A stretch of 47,901 bases of DNA from Candidatus Pacearchaeota archaeon. Lineage in GTDB: Archaea; Nanobdellota; Nanobdellia; Pacearchaeales; GW2011-AR1. Position 1 is the first letter of the stretch. Each line of letters starts with the position of its first letter. The translations under genes were made by a program, and so were the position numbers. Positions 14,849 through 25,509 of the stretch are shown here, in pieces. The notes beneath the pieces were generated by a model that saw only the letters and a program-made list of their open reading frames with translations, ran no database searches and was not told the DNA's origin. The stretch spans positions 1-47,901 of the forward strand of contig VGKP01000004.1 in assembly GCA_016866975.1 (NCBI GenBank). Reading direction: 5' to 3'.

Positions 14849-17443
14849 ATGACAGAGAAAAACAATGGAAGTATATCTTATATGGGGGCGCATGGGAGCG
14901 CAGAGGTAAAAGGTATTCTGCATCCACTTGTTAAAGAGTGGTTCTTTGGAAGATTTGCCGATTTTTCTTTGACACAGCTTTATGCTGTCAAGACAATATG
15001 GGACAGGAAAAACATATTGGTTAGCGCCCCTACTGGAGGGACAAAGACATTATCGGCTTTTCTTGGAATCCTCAATTATCTTGTAGGATTGGCGGCAAAA
15101 GGGGAGTTGGAGGATAAAATATATGCTGTGTATGTCAGTCCTCTCAAAGCATTAAGCAACGATATATTTGTGAATCTTGTGCAACCCCTGCAAGAAATAA
15201 AGACTTTGGCTGACAAAAAGGGAGTCAAGATGCAAGAAATAAGGGTTGGGCTTCGTACAGGAGATACAGATGCAAGCGAAAGAGCAAGGCAAGCACGGAA
15301 GATTCCGCATATCTATGTGACGACTCCGGAATCGCTTGGCATTGTGCTGGTGACGCCTAAGTTTTCAGAGAATGTAAAGAAGCTGGAGTTTGTTGTTGTA
15401 GATGAAGTGCATGCAATGACGAACAAAAGAGGAGTTTTTTTGAGTTTGGTACTGGAACATCTGTGCAGCATGTGTGTATTGGATCCTGTACGTATTGGAT
15501 TGAGTGCAACTATATCTCCGCTAGAAGAGATTGCACGATTCCTTGTTGGAAAAGGAAGAGATTGCTTGATTGCAGATGTAAAGCTGATAAAGGGTATTGA
15601 TATCGGGCTCGATTTCCCTGGAAAGAGCATATTAGAGGCTGAAAATGCAGAAAGCCAGAAAAAACTATATCACCTTCTGGACGGACTGATACAAGAACAT
15701 AAGACTACTTTGATATTCACAAACACGAGAGCGGCTACTGAAAGGATAGTGCATTATCTAGATTTACACTTCCCTGGAAAATATGCTGGAATCATTGGAG
15801 CCCATCATAGCAGCATGAGCAAAGAGCAGAGGTTCATAATTGAAGATCAGCTGAGAAAAGGAGAATTGAAAGTGGTTGTAAGCTCAACTTCCCTTGAGTT
15901 GGGAATAGATATAGGGAACATAGACCTTGTAGTGCTACTTAGGTCCCCAAAGTCGGTCTCGAGAGCATTACAGAGAATTGGCAGGGCGGGACACCAGCTG
16001 CATTCTCAACCTAAGGGGAGATTCCTTGTGCTAGACAGAGACGACTTGGTAGAATGTGCTGTCTTGATGAAAGAAATGATTGAGAAACATATAGACAGAG
16101 CTCAGATACCTAAAAATTGCCTTGATGTGTTGGCACAGCAAGTATTTGGAATGGCAGTTAGCAGAGTTTGGGATGCTGAGGATATGCTTGCTACTGTGAG
16201 GAGGAGCGCGTGCTATATGTCATTGACAAAAGAAGATTTCTATGATGTATTGAGTTATCTGGCAGGAGATTATGCTCTTGAGCATAGAAGTGTATATGCA
16301 AAAGTATGGTACGATCCTGTGACGAGGCAGATTGGAAAGAAAGGAAAACTTGCACGTGTGCTATACATGACCAATATCGGGACAATTGCTGAAGAAGGAT
16401 TTATATCAGTCGCAATTGGGGCAGGAGAGGGAAAGGGAAATGTTGTTGGGAAGATAGATGAAGGATTCCTTGAAAGAATGAAGAGAGGAGATATCTTTGT
16501 ACTAGGAGGAAGGAAGTATCAGTTCCTCTTTTCCAGGGGAATGAAGGCATTTGTAAGAGCAAACGTTTCCAGAAATCCTACTATCCCATCTTGGTTCTCT
16601 GAGATGTTGCCTCTTTCTTTTGATGTTGCAATGGAAATAGGGAGGTTTAGAAGATTGATTAAAGAAAGATTAGGCGACAAGAAGAAATGTGTTGAATTTG
16701 TAAGAGAATATGCTCGCTGCGATTCAAAAGTCGCAGAGACAGTATACGAATATTGCAGAGAGCAAGAAAAGTTTGCGGCAATACCTGATGATAAGACTGT
16801 TGTTGTAGAAAAATTTAAGGAGAGTAAAGAATTCATGGTATTCCATAGTATGTATGGGAGAAGAGTAAATGATGCACTTGCAAGGGCGTATGCTTATGCT
16901 GCCGCAAGATTGAGGCATAGAGATGTTGAAATGGGGATAACAGACAGTGGTTTTTTTATCGCAGCGGAAAATCTTGATGGAGAGAAGATATTGAAGTTTG
17001 TCGAGTCTAAAAACCTGAAAGAGATATTGAAGGAGGCACTTGAGAGAACAGATGTGCTTCGCAGAAGATTCAGGCATTGTGCTGGGAGGAGCCTGATGAT
17101 TCTGCGGCAGTATAAAGGTAGAGAGAAGAGCGTGGGGAAGCAGCAAGTGCATTCTGAGTTCTTATTTAGTGCAGTCAAGAAGCTAAGTAATGAATTCCCT
17201 ATATTGAGAGAAGCGAGAAGAGAGGTGTTTGAGGACCTGATGGATGTAGAGAATGCGGAAGAAGTATTAAGATGGATTGAGAGCGGGAAAGTAAAAGTGA
17301 AAAGAGTAAATACTCCTCTTGTCTCACCGTTTGCTGTGAACTTGATGATGCAGGGGAGAAGCGATTTAATCAAGATGGAAGACAGGGCGTCATTCTTGAA
17401 GAGGATGCATGAATTGCATTTGAAGGCGATAGGGGAAAAATGA
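14849..17443 (+). CDS. lhr: Lhr-family (Lhr-core) SF2 helicase
   Basis: APTGGTKT, TTPESL, DEVH, SLELGIDIG and QRIGRAGH motifs plus an Lhr-type C-terminal region. Confidence 0.93.
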   Translation: MTEKNNGSISYMGAHGSAEVKGILHPLVKEWFFGRFADFSLTQLYAVKTIWDRKNILVSAPTGGTKTLSAFLGILNYLVGLAAKGELEDKIYAVYVSPLKALSNDIFVNLVQPLQEIKTLADKKGVKMQEIRVGLRTGDTDASERARQARKIPHIYVTTPESLGIVLVTPKFSENVKKLEFVVVDEVHAMTNKRGVFLSLVLEHLCSMCVLDPVRIGLSATISPLEEIARFLVGKGRDCLIADVKLIKGIDIGLDFPGKSILEAENAESQKKLYHLLDGLIQEHKTTLIFTNTRAATERIVHYLDLHFPGKYAGIIGAHHSSMSKEQRFIIEDQLRKGELKVVVSSTSLELGIDIGNIDLVVLLRSPKSVSRALQRIGRAGHQLHSQPKGRFLVLDRDDLVECAVLMKEMIEKHIDRAQIPKNCLDVLAQQVFGMAVSRVWDAEDMLATVRRSACYMSLTKEDFYDVLSYLAGDYALEHRSVYAKVWYDPVTRQIGKKGKLARVLYMTNIGTIAEEGFISVAIGAGEGKGNVVGKIDEGFLERMKRGDIFVLGGRKYQFLFSRGMKAFVRANVSRNPTIPSWFSEMLPLSFDVAMEIGRFRRLIKERLGDKKKCVEFVREYARCDSKVAETVYEYCREQEKFAAIPDDKTVVVEKFKESKEFMVFHSMYGRRVNDALARAYAYAAARLRHRDVEMGITDSGFFIAAENLDGEKILKFVESKNLKEILKEALERTDVLRRRFRHCAGRSLMILRQYKGREKSVGKQQVHSEFLFSAVKKLSNEFPILREARREVFEDLMDVENAEEVLRWIESGKVKVKRVNTPLVSPFAVNLMMQGRSDLIKMEDRASFLKRMHELHLKAIGEK

Positions 17444-18153
17444 CTAAATTAGAGTTTGTTGGAAAGTGTGTGTTTGTGGAAGCTAAGGGAAAGAAGATTT
17501 TAGTTGTTGGGGACTTGCATTTGGGATATGAAGAGGCGCTGAACAAAGCAGGGATTGGTGTGAGCAGGAGATTATTTGGGGAGATGATGGATGATTTTAA
17601 AGAGATATTTGGAAAAATAGGGGATGTTGATGAAGTTGTGCTGCTTGGAGATGTAAAACACGTATTTGGAACTGTATTGGGGCAGGAGAGGGAAGATTTC
17701 AGGAAGTTACTCGAATATCTTAGAGAGAGATGTAGGAAAGTAGTAATAGTGCAAGGCAACCACGATTCGATAGTTGGTTTCCTTATAAGAGAAAATACTG
17801 AAGTGAGGGATTGCTATTGCTTTGATGGCGTCTGCTTCTTGCATGGAGACAAAGATTTTCCCGAAATCCATGAGAGCAATAACGACGTATGGATAATTGG
17901 ACATGCGCATCCTGCAGTGATATTAAATGATGGAGTAAAGCATGAGAAATATAAGTGCTTCCTGGATGGATATTTTGGGGGAAAAAGAGTAGTGATAGTG
18001 CCTAGCTTCGTAGATCACAGCCCTGGAGTTGATGCTAGGAGCGGAGACCTGGGTCTTGCATGGGACATAGACTTGAGAAAATTCAGAGTGAAAGCTGTAG
18101 GAGAAAAATTAGAAGTATTTGATTTTGGTGAATTGGGAAAAATAAAAGAATAA
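17440..18153 (+). CDS. Calcineurin-like metallophosphoesterase (Lhr-associated)
   Basis: GDLHLG, LLGD, GNHD, HG and GHAHP motifs; overlaps the lhr stop. Confidence 0.9.
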   Translation: MTKLEFVGKCVFVEAKGKKILVVGDLHLGYEEALNKAGIGVSRRLFGEMMDDFKEIFGKIGDVDEVVLLGDVKHVFGTVLGQEREDFRKLLEYLRERCRKVVIVQGNHDSIVGFLIRENTEVRDCYCFDGVCFLHGDKDFPEIHESNNDVWIIGHAHPAVILNDGVKHEKYKCFLDGYFGGKRVVIVPSFVDHSPGVDARSGDLGLAWDIDLRKFRVKAVGEKLEVFDFGELGKIKE

Positions 18154-18156
18154 ATA

Positions 18157-18594
18157 TTATTTCTTAAACTCTAACAGAGGAATATTGATATGGAGAGGTA
18201 AGCCCAATTCTTCTTCTAGGGGGATGGCGCGAAGAGTGCATCTTCTTAGAAGAGTGTTGAATAATGGCTGCCTGAGATGATCTGGAATCTCATTCTTCTT
18301 CCAAGATTTCAAAAGATCCTTTGCCTCTTCCTTATTTGCTGAGAGCACAAGTGTGCCTTCAAAAGAGATCTCTCCTTGTTTTTGGCCCTTCTTGTTTTTT
18401 TCATTCTCATTAATCTCAATGTAGTTTAGAGAAAACTTAAAAGAGGCGGTGATTGGTTCGACCTCTTTCAATATTTCCAGCTTTTCCTTTTCAATCGATG
18501 TAAACTCTATATTTGTATCGATGGTGAAGGGGGTCTTGAATTTCTTTGACTTCTCACCAGTTATTTTAGTAAAGTTAAATCCTATAATGTTCAT
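18157..18594 (-). CDS. Conserved archaeal hypothetical protein (possible SecB-like fold)
   Basis: IIGFNFTKI N-terminus, four-strand/helix pattern and LPLHINIP C-terminus; the fold call is inference. Confidence 0.6.
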   Translation of the reverse strand: MNIIGFNFTKITGEKSKKFKTPFTIDTNIEFTSIEKEKLEILKEVEPITASFKFSLNYIEINENEKNKKGQKQGEISFEGTLVLSANKEEAKDLLKSWKKNEIPDHLRQPLFNTLLRRCTLRAIPLEEELGLPLHINIPLLEFKK

Positions 18595-18641
18595 GTAAGA
18601 GTGTAATAAAGATGGTTTTTAAAAGTTGTTATAAATGAATA

Positions 18642-18902
18642 TTATATTAGGTCTTCTTCGGAGATAACTACGAAGTCGCCAATCGCAATTATGGTGTTGT
18701 AAGGTACGAGAGCTTCCTTAGCTGGGGAAAGCTCGAGATTTAAGTTCCTTGTATAAGGGGTAGGGTCCTTGAGGATGAGTTGGATAAGCTCCCCGGTCCT
18801 AGTCTCAAAACTAAGATCTTTGACAAATCCCAATCTTCTTCCTTCTTTTGTGACGACAAGTTTTCCTATAATGTCTTTTAATGGCCTCTTTTCTAATCCC
18901 AT
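18642..18902 (-). CDS. PRC-barrel domain protein
   Basis: IIGKLVVTKEGRRLGFVKDL...VPYNTIIAIGDFVVI. Confidence 0.88.
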   Translation of the reverse strand: MGLEKRPLKDIIGKLVVTKEGRRLGFVKDLSFETRTGELIQLILKDPTPYTRNLNLELSPAKEALVPYNTIIAIGDFVVISEEDLI

Positions 18903-19019
18903 AGATGTTTGAGCTACCTTTTGTATATAAACTTTTCTCTGCTGGAGTGGGGTGTCACCCTATGGTTTCGCATGGAGAATTGAGAAAGATTTAAAAAGAA
19001 AGTAGGAGGTTTTTTCTTT

Positions 19020-19231
19020 CTTATTTTTATTTATAAATTTTTCTATAGTATAGTATATAGTATATTATAATATATATTTTACACTAGGTATAAGTTCGTG
19101 TTATTATTTTAGTTATTGTTTGTTTTAAATAAATTTCCATTGGAAGTCAAGGTGTCTGTGTTTTAATTAAAATATAGATATAAGAAGAGATTTTACAATG
19201 AAATTCAAGTTGTTTTCAGTGGAAATAAAGG
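19020..19231. promoter_or_regulatory. Candidate oriC: AT-rich unwinding tract plus ORB-like boxes upstream of cdc6
   Basis: Nearly pure A/T tract at 19020-19080; TTTCCATTGGAAGTCAAGGTGT (19134-19155) and TTTCAGTGGAAATAAAGG (19214-19231); adjacent to orc1/cdc6. Confidence 0.7.
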
Positions 19232-19291
19232 CTAGAATATCGATATGTTTATAAGAATGATAGACTAGCAAATATGATAAAAGGGTGTAAT

Positions 19292-20494
19292 ATGGATAAA
19301 TTAGATAAGATATTTAGTTCTTTCATTTCGAATAACTTATTTAAAAATAAATCAGTATTGCAATCTAATTATAGTCCCGAGCAGATTACTCATAGGGAAG
19401 CACAAATAGAATCTGTTGCTTCAATATTGGCCCCCGCATTACGAGGGGAGAGAGTTAGCAACTTGTTCATATACGGGAATACTGGAAGCGGAAAAACTCT
19501 AAGTGTAAGATATGTGAGAGATAAAATACTTGAGAAATTGCAGGAGCTTGGAGGAGATTATCTACAGTTCATATATGTAAACTGTAAATTGAAGAAGGTA
19601 GCAGATACGGAGTATAGGATCGTTGCAGAGATGATACATGAGTTGAAAGGAAGCATTCCTGCAACAGGATTGCCAACCGACCAAGTATATCTTAAATTTA
19701 TTGAAATGATAGATGTTAAAAAGCAAGTGATAATAATTATATTAGATGAGATTGACGAAGCAGTAAAGAAGATATCTGATAGGTTCATATATACTCTCAC
19801 TAGATTAAACTCTGAGTTGAAAAATGCGCAGATAAGCATAATAGGTATAAGCAATAGTCTCACATTCATGGACCATTTGGATCCTAGAGTGAGAAGTTCT
19901 CTGAGTGAAGAAGAACTTGTCTTTCCTTCCTATAATGCGTTGCAGCTACAAGATATTTTGAGAGTAAGAGCGGAGCAGGCGTTCAAGGAAGGAGTGCTGG
20001 AAGAGGGAGTGATAGAAAAATGCGCGGCTTATGCCGCGAGAGAGCACGGAGATGCGAGAAGGGCACTTGATTTATTGAGGGTCGCGGGAGAAATATCAGA
20101 AAGGGAGGAGGGGACCAAGATAAAAGTAGAACATATAGACTCTGCAAACCAGAAAATAGAGAAAGACAAGATGCTTGATATAGTGGAGAAAGTTCCCAAG
20201 CAGTTTCAATTAGTTTTGGCTGCGGCACTCTCACTGCATAAAAATAAGATTGAGGAGATATTTACAGGAGATGTATACAACACTTATCAGGATCTGTGCC
20301 AAAAGACCAGAAATGAGGTCCTTACGCAGAGGAGAGTGTCTGATATTCTTGCTGAGTTCGATATGCTTGGCTTAATAAACACAAGAGTCATAAGCAAAGG
20401 CAGGCAGGGAAGGACACGAGAAATAAAACTTATGCTGCCTGGACCAATTCAAGATAAAGCGGAGGAGATACTTCAGAAGTCTTTGTATCTATAA
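19292..20494 (+). CDS. cdc6: Orc1/Cdc6 replication initiator
   Basis: Walker A GNTGSGKT, Walker B LDEID, GDARRALDLLR and a C-terminal wHTH. AAGGGTG SD favours ATG 19292 over 19274. Confidence 0.96.
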   Translation: MDKLDKIFSSFISNNLFKNKSVLQSNYSPEQITHREAQIESVASILAPALRGERVSNLFIYGNTGSGKTLSVRYVRDKILEKLQELGGDYLQFIYVNCKLKKVADTEYRIVAEMIHELKGSIPATGLPTDQVYLKFIEMIDVKKQVIIIILDEIDEAVKKISDRFIYTLTRLNSELKNAQISIIGISNSLTFMDHLDPRVRSSLSEEELVFPSYNALQLQDILRVRAEQAFKEGVLEEGVIEKCAAYAAREHGDARRALDLLRVAGEISEREEGTKIKVEHIDSANQKIEKDKMLDIVEKVPKQFQLVLAAALSLHKNKIEEIFTGDVYNTYQDLCQKTRNEVLTQRRVSDILAEFDMLGLINTRVISKGRQGRTREIKLMLPGPIQDKAEEILQKSLYL

Positions 20495-20497
20495 GAC

Positions 20498-22060
20498 ATG
20501 CATGAAGAATTGCTCCATCTTATAAGAGAAAAAGGCTTATTGTTAGAGAGAGAAATATTTGAATTACTCAATAGTTTTGATAACTTGCAGGCAGCAAAAG
20601 ATTTTTTGGAAGGGATTGAGAGATATTCTGGGCAAAAAATGATAACTCGATCTCTATTACACAACAACTCCTCTTATATCCAACAAGTAGTCTCAAAACT
20701 TCCTGGAAAAGATAAGGCTATGGTTGAACATACATTTGTAAATCTCGGAGTACACCTCGAAATAAGAAAAGAACAAGTAGTCGTCCCATATTCCTCAAAT
20801 CTTAAAGCGAATAAGTATCAGATATTTACTGCAGACACGAAAACTGATAAGAAACTAGCCGTGTCAGATTTTGTAGGAAACCTCAGGGCGAGATACAGCC
20901 AGATGCAGAGGATATTGATGCAGAGGCCTGACCTGACTAACTTGATGTCAATAGGCAAAATATCTAGCAATAGGCAGCAAGTCAGTGTAATAGGAATGGT
21001 GAGAGAAAAGAGAATTACAAAAAACAAGAATATTGTTCTTTTGATAGAAGACTTGACTGGAGAGATACAAGCATTAGTAAGAGCAGACAAAGAAGAGTTG
21101 GCGACTATTGCAGGAGAGATACAGTTAGATGACGTAATAGCGATAAAGGGATCTGGAAACAGAGATCTGATATTTGCACAAGAGGTCTATTTCCCTGATG
21201 CATTCATCCATGAGAAGATTAAATTTGAAGAAGATATGTGCATTGCCTTTCTTTCTGATTTACACTGTGGAAGTGATAGACATCTTGGAAAAAGCTTACA
21301 GAATTTCTTAGACTGGATACAGAGCGATGATCCGCTTGCGGCAAAAGTTCAGTACATTTTTTTCGTGGGAGACAATGTGGACGGTGTGGGAATATTTCCT
21401 GGGCAAGAAAGTGTTCTTAAACTCAAAAGCATGAAAGAGCAATACGCGTTGTTGGCTTCGTATTTGAGGCAGATACCTAAAAGGATAACAATGTTCATGT
21501 GTCCTGGACAGCACGATGCAGTGAGAGTCGCAGAGCCTCAACCAATCATAGCAAAACATTATGCTCCAGAACTGTATGAAATTGAGAATCTGGTACTTGT
21601 AACAAATCCTACATTAATCAAGTTATTAGAAGCAGAAAAAGAGTTTAAGGTTCTTATGTATCACGGGGCCAGCATACATACATTCATAAGCGAGATACAA
21701 GAGCTTAGACTCATGAAGGCACACAAGACGCCAGCCAAAGCAGTAAGGCACATGCTGAAAAGGAGACATCTTGCCCCAACACATTCTTCTGTGGTATATA
21801 TTCCTTCCCCAGAAAAAGATCCTCTTGTTATAACGGAAGTTCCCGACGTCCTCTGCACAGGAGAGGTTCATAGACTGGATATAGAAAATTATAATGGGGT
21901 GCTTATAGTAACTGGAAGTTGCTGGCAGGCACAAACTCCCTTTGAAGAAAAAGTCGGGAATATACCTGATCCTGCCAAGGTGCCTGTGCTAAACCTTAAA
22001 ACAAGAGAACTAAGAGTATTGGATTTTGGAGATGTTAGCGAGGTGCAGCGTGAAAACTGA
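20498..22060 (+). CDS. polD1: DNA polymerase D small subunit (DP1, proofreading exonuclease)
   Basis: OB fold; SDLHCGS, GDNVDG, PGQHD, HG and HLAPT phosphoesterase motifs; lies between cdc6 and DP2. Confidence 0.95.
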   Translation: MHEELLHLIREKGLLLEREIFELLNSFDNLQAAKDFLEGIERYSGQKMITRSLLHNNSSYIQQVVSKLPGKDKAMVEHTFVNLGVHLEIRKEQVVVPYSSNLKANKYQIFTADTKTDKKLAVSDFVGNLRARYSQMQRILMQRPDLTNLMSIGKISSNRQQVSVIGMVREKRITKNKNIVLLIEDLTGEIQALVRADKEELATIAGEIQLDDVIAIKGSGNRDLIFAQEVYFPDAFIHEKIKFEEDMCIAFLSDLHCGSDRHLGKSLQNFLDWIQSDDPLAAKVQYIFFVGDNVDGVGIFPGQESVLKLKSMKEQYALLASYLRQIPKRITMFMCPGQHDAVRVAEPQPIIAKHYAPELYEIENLVLVTNPTLIKLLEAEKEFKVLMYHGASIHTFISEIQELRLMKAHKTPAKAVRHMLKRRHLAPTHSSVVYIPSPEKDPLVITEVPDVLCTGEVHRLDIENYNGVLIVTGSCWQAQTPFEEKVGNIPDPAKVPVLNLKTRELRVLDFGDVSEVQREN

Positions 22061-25000
22061 GGAATACTTCAATCATATCGAGACAGAAGTTCAGAGATAT
22101 TTTGCTGTCGCAAGACAGGCGAGAAAAGTTGGGATAGATCCTGTGAGCGATGTAGAGATACCTATCGCTATGTCTCTTGCTGAGAAATCCATAGGTCTAA
22201 TATCCACAATATATCCTCAGTTGCAAGATAAAAGAATAATCGACAGAATAATTGAATTAGAGAAGCAATATGGGCAGTTAGATATTGCAGTGGCTTTTGA
22301 GATTGCGGAGGAAATAGCAAGAGAGAAATTCTGTAAGTTTGAAAGCCTTCTTCAAGCAATGGATGCAGGGATAAGAGTCGGTTTTTCATATATAACATTG
22401 GGAGTTGTCTCCTCCCCCATAGAGGGATTTACCGAATTGAAAGTCGGGAAGACAAGAAAAGGGGAAGAGTATCTACAAGCTTATTTTTCAGGACCGATAA
22501 GGAGTGCGGGAACAACCGCTTCTTGTGTAGTGTTAATGCTGATAGATTACATGAGGGAGACATTTGGTTTTGCAACATTTGATCCAGATGAACAAGAAGT
22601 TAAGAGATATGTGACTGAGAACTATGATTATCATGAGAGAGTAAACAACCTGCAATACCTTCCTACAGAGGAAGAGATTGCCTTTCTCGCTGCAAGAATA
22701 CCTATACAAATACATGGAGAGCCAAGCGAAGATAGAGAAGTATCAAACTATAAAGACCTCCAGAGAGTTGAGACCAATTTCATAAGGGGAGGAATGTGCC
22801 TTATTTTTTCTGAAGGCCTTGCACAAAAAGCACAGAAGGGATTTGGATTGTTAAAAGGATTACAAGGAAAAGGATTCAAAGCTACAGGATGGAATTTTTT
22901 GGCAGATTATATAACTCTGCATAAGAAGAGGGAGAAAGGAAGTAGTGAGGCTACTGCAACTTATATTAAGGATCTTGTAGCTGGAAGGCCGGTTTTCGGC
23001 CATCCATCCAAGAGAGGAGGTTTTAGATTCAGATATGGCCGGAGCAGAGTCGGAGGATTCTCTGCAACATCTATTCATCCAGCAACAATGGCATTGTCAG
23101 ATTGTTTTCTGTCTGTAGGTACGCAACTAAAAATAGAGAAGCCCACTAAAGGATGCGCAATATCGATATGTAACAAGATGGATGGGCCAATAGTAAAGTT
23201 GAAGAATGGTAGTGTAAGAAAGGCAGAAGATTTTGAAGAAGCAAAGAAATTGTATGTAGAGACAGAGGAGATATTACATTTCGGAGATCTGCTTGTGTCT
23301 TTGGGTGATGTGATGAATAGAAACTATGAACTTCTTAAGCCAGGATATGTAGAAGAGTGGTGGGATTTGGAGGTTAGAAAAAAAATTGAGGAAAACCCTA
23401 TATTGAAGGCTGCAGAAGATACGTGGAAAGTAACAATTGAAGAGGCTGAAGAGTACTCCTTGAAATTAGGGGTACCTTTGCATCCAAAGTATATCTATTT
23501 CTGGAAAGAGCTTGAATTCCAGCAGTTTTTCTCATTGTTACAATGGATAGGGGAAGGAAAGAATGAAGATGGAAAAATAGTGCTTCCATATAATCAGATG
23601 TTAAGGGAAACAAGATTCAAGGAAAGCAAGAGGGCTCTTGAACTCATTGGATGTGAGCATGAGGTGTTAATAGAACATGTAGTAATATCTAGAGAGAGCA
23701 GCAAAGCCCTTGCATTAAATTTGGGCTTGAATCTTGACGCAGAGAAATTTGGGGCAGACAATATTCTGGCAAAAATAATGGAAGGGGAAGTGCTTGAGCA
23801 AGTGCAGAAAGTGTCTTCATTTATTATAAAAGATAAGTCTGGGACATATATTGGGGCAAGAATGGGCAGACCTGAGAAGGCTAAATTGAGAGAACTTACA
23901 GGCAGCCCACATGTTATATTCCCAGTGGGAGAAGAAGGCGGGAGACTAAGGAGCCTGCAAGCAGCAGTGGAAGTTGGAAATGTGACTGCTGAATTTCCTA
24001 TTTATTACTGTAGCAAATGTACCGAACAGAAAATATATCCGAAATGCGATAAATGCAAGGAATTGTGTCTTAAACTTAGATATTCCCCAAGCCAAGACAA
24101 GGTATTATTTGAAACAAACGAGGTGGAAGGCAGGACGTTAGAATTCAAAGAACAGAATGTAGATGTAAAAACATTGTTTGATCAGGCAAGGAAATTACTC
24201 CAATTAAGGAATGAGGATGTGCCGATGGTAAAGGGAATAAGAGGGACTTCGAGCAAAGACCATAGTTGCGAGTATCTTCCAAAAGGGCTTCTGAGGGCAA
24301 AACATAGACTAAACGTTAACAAAGATGGTACAATAAGATATGATATGACTGAGATGGCAATTACGCATTTTAGGCCAAAGGAGATTGGGACTAATGTTGA
24401 AAAACTGAGAGAGCTAGGCTATGAAGAAGATGTGTATGGGAAAAAGCTAGAGAGTGATGATCAAGTATTGACATTGTTCCCACATGATGTGATACTTCCC
24501 GCATGTCCTGCATCTGATGATGAACCTGCAAATGAAGTGTTTTTTAGGATAGCGAGTTTTGTAGATGACGAGCTTGAAAAACTATATGGGTTGCCAAGGT
24601 TTTTCAATGCATCGACTAAGAACGATCTTGTCGGCGCATTGCTTGTAAACATCGCTCCACATATATGTACTGCCACTGTTGGAAGACTTATAGGATTCTC
24701 AAAAACCCAGACTCAATTGGCGAGTCCTTTCATGCATGCTGCAATGAGAAGAGATTGCGATGGAGATGAAGCCGCATCAATGCTCTTGATGGATTTACTC
24801 CTAAATTTTTCAAGAAAATTCTTGCCTGCGCACAGAGGGGGAACACAAGATGCCCCATTGGTTTTAAATGTTAGGATAAGGGCAGGGGATGTGGATGATC
24901 AGATATTAGACTTTGAGCTTGGAAAGTATCCTTTAGAACTCTATCAATATGCTGAACAAGGGAAACATTCTTCTGAAATGAGGATGATAGTAGATACCGT

Positions 25001-25508
25001 AAGAGGAAGGCTCAAGAATGGTAAAGATCCCTTCTCAAATGTAGATTTCACTCACGATGTAGAAGATTTTAATGGAGGAGTTTTGAATTCTTCTTATAAG
25101 AGACTTCCAACAATGCAGGAGAAAGTAGAAGCAATGATGAATTTATGCTCTAAAATAAGGGCCGTTGATGTGAAAGATGTAGCACGTCTAATAATAGAAA
25201 GGCACTTTATAAGAGACACAAGAGGTAACTTGAGAAAATTCTCAATGCAGGCTTTCAGATGCGTCGGGTGCAATGAAATATACAGGAGACCTCCTCTTGC
25301 AGGCAAATGTCTGGAATGCGGAGGAAGGTTAATATTCACCATATCTGAAGGAAGTATTTTGAAGTATATGCAACCTGCACTGGACATAGCGAGAGAATAT
25401 GAGGTAAGTACTTACTTGTTAGAGTCATTAGAGCTTAACGAAATGTACATACAGAGCATATTTGGGAAGGACAAAGAAAAACAAGAGAGCATTGCTAAAT
25501 GGTTCTAA
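22026..25508 (+). CDS. polD2: DNA polymerase D large subunit (DP2)
   Basis: GPIRSAGTT, catalytic RRDCDGD, Zn fingers and C-terminal PIP box QESIAKWF; no intein; exact start uncertain. Confidence 0.97.
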   Translation: MEMLARCSVKTEEYFNHIETEVQRYFAVARQARKVGIDPVSDVEIPIAMSLAEKSIGLISTIYPQLQDKRIIDRIIELEKQYGQLDIAVAFEIAEEIAREKFCKFESLLQAMDAGIRVGFSYITLGVVSSPIEGFTELKVGKTRKGEEYLQAYFSGPIRSAGTTASCVVLMLIDYMRETFGFATFDPDEQEVKRYVTENYDYHERVNNLQYLPTEEEIAFLAARIPIQIHGEPSEDREVSNYKDLQRVETNFIRGGMCLIFSEGLAQKAQKGFGLLKGLQGKGFKATGWNFLADYITLHKKREKGSSEATATYIKDLVAGRPVFGHPSKRGGFRFRYGRSRVGGFSATSIHPATMALSDCFLSVGTQLKIEKPTKGCAISICNKMDGPIVKLKNGSVRKAEDFEEAKKLYVETEEILHFGDLLVSLGDVMNRNYELLKPGYVEEWWDLEVRKKIEENPILKAAEDTWKVTIEEAEEYSLKLGVPLHPKYIYFWKELEFQQFFSLLQWIGEGKNEDGKIVLPYNQMLRETRFKESKRALELIGCEHEVLIEHVVISRESSKALALNLGLNLDAEKFGADNILAKIMEGEVLEQVQKVSSFIIKDKSGTYIGARMGRPEKAKLRELTGSPHVIFPVGEEGGRLRSLQAAVEVGNVTAEFPIYYCSKCTEQKIYPKCDKCKELCLKLRYSPSQDKVLFETNEVEGRTLEFKEQNVDVKTLFDQARKLLQLRNEDVPMVKGIRGTSSKDHSCEYLPKGLLRAKHRLNVNKDGTIRYDMTEMAITHFRPKEIGTNVEKLRELGYEEDVYGKKLESDDQVLTLFPHDVILPACPASDDEPANEVFFRIASFVDDELEKLYGLPRFFNASTKNDLVGALLVNIAPHICTATVGRLIGFSKTQTQLASPFMHAAMRRDCDGDEAASMLLMDLLLNFSRKFLPAHRGGTQDAPLVLNVRIRAGDVDDQILDFELGKYPLELYQYAEQGKHSSEMRMIVDTVRGRLKNGKDPFSNVDFTHDVEDFNGGVLNSSYKRLPTMQEKVEAMMNLCSKIRAVDVKDVARLIIERHFIRDTRGNLRKFSMQAFRCVGCNEIYRRPPLAGKCLECGGRLIFTISEGSILKYMQPALDIAREYEVSTYLLESLELNEMYIQSIFGKDKEKQESIAKWF

Positions 25509-25509
25509 C

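Noticed and set aside
22026-25508. Intein in DP2 or Cdc6
   Set aside because: Lengths are normal, motifs are contiguous and there is no C/S...HN splice signature.
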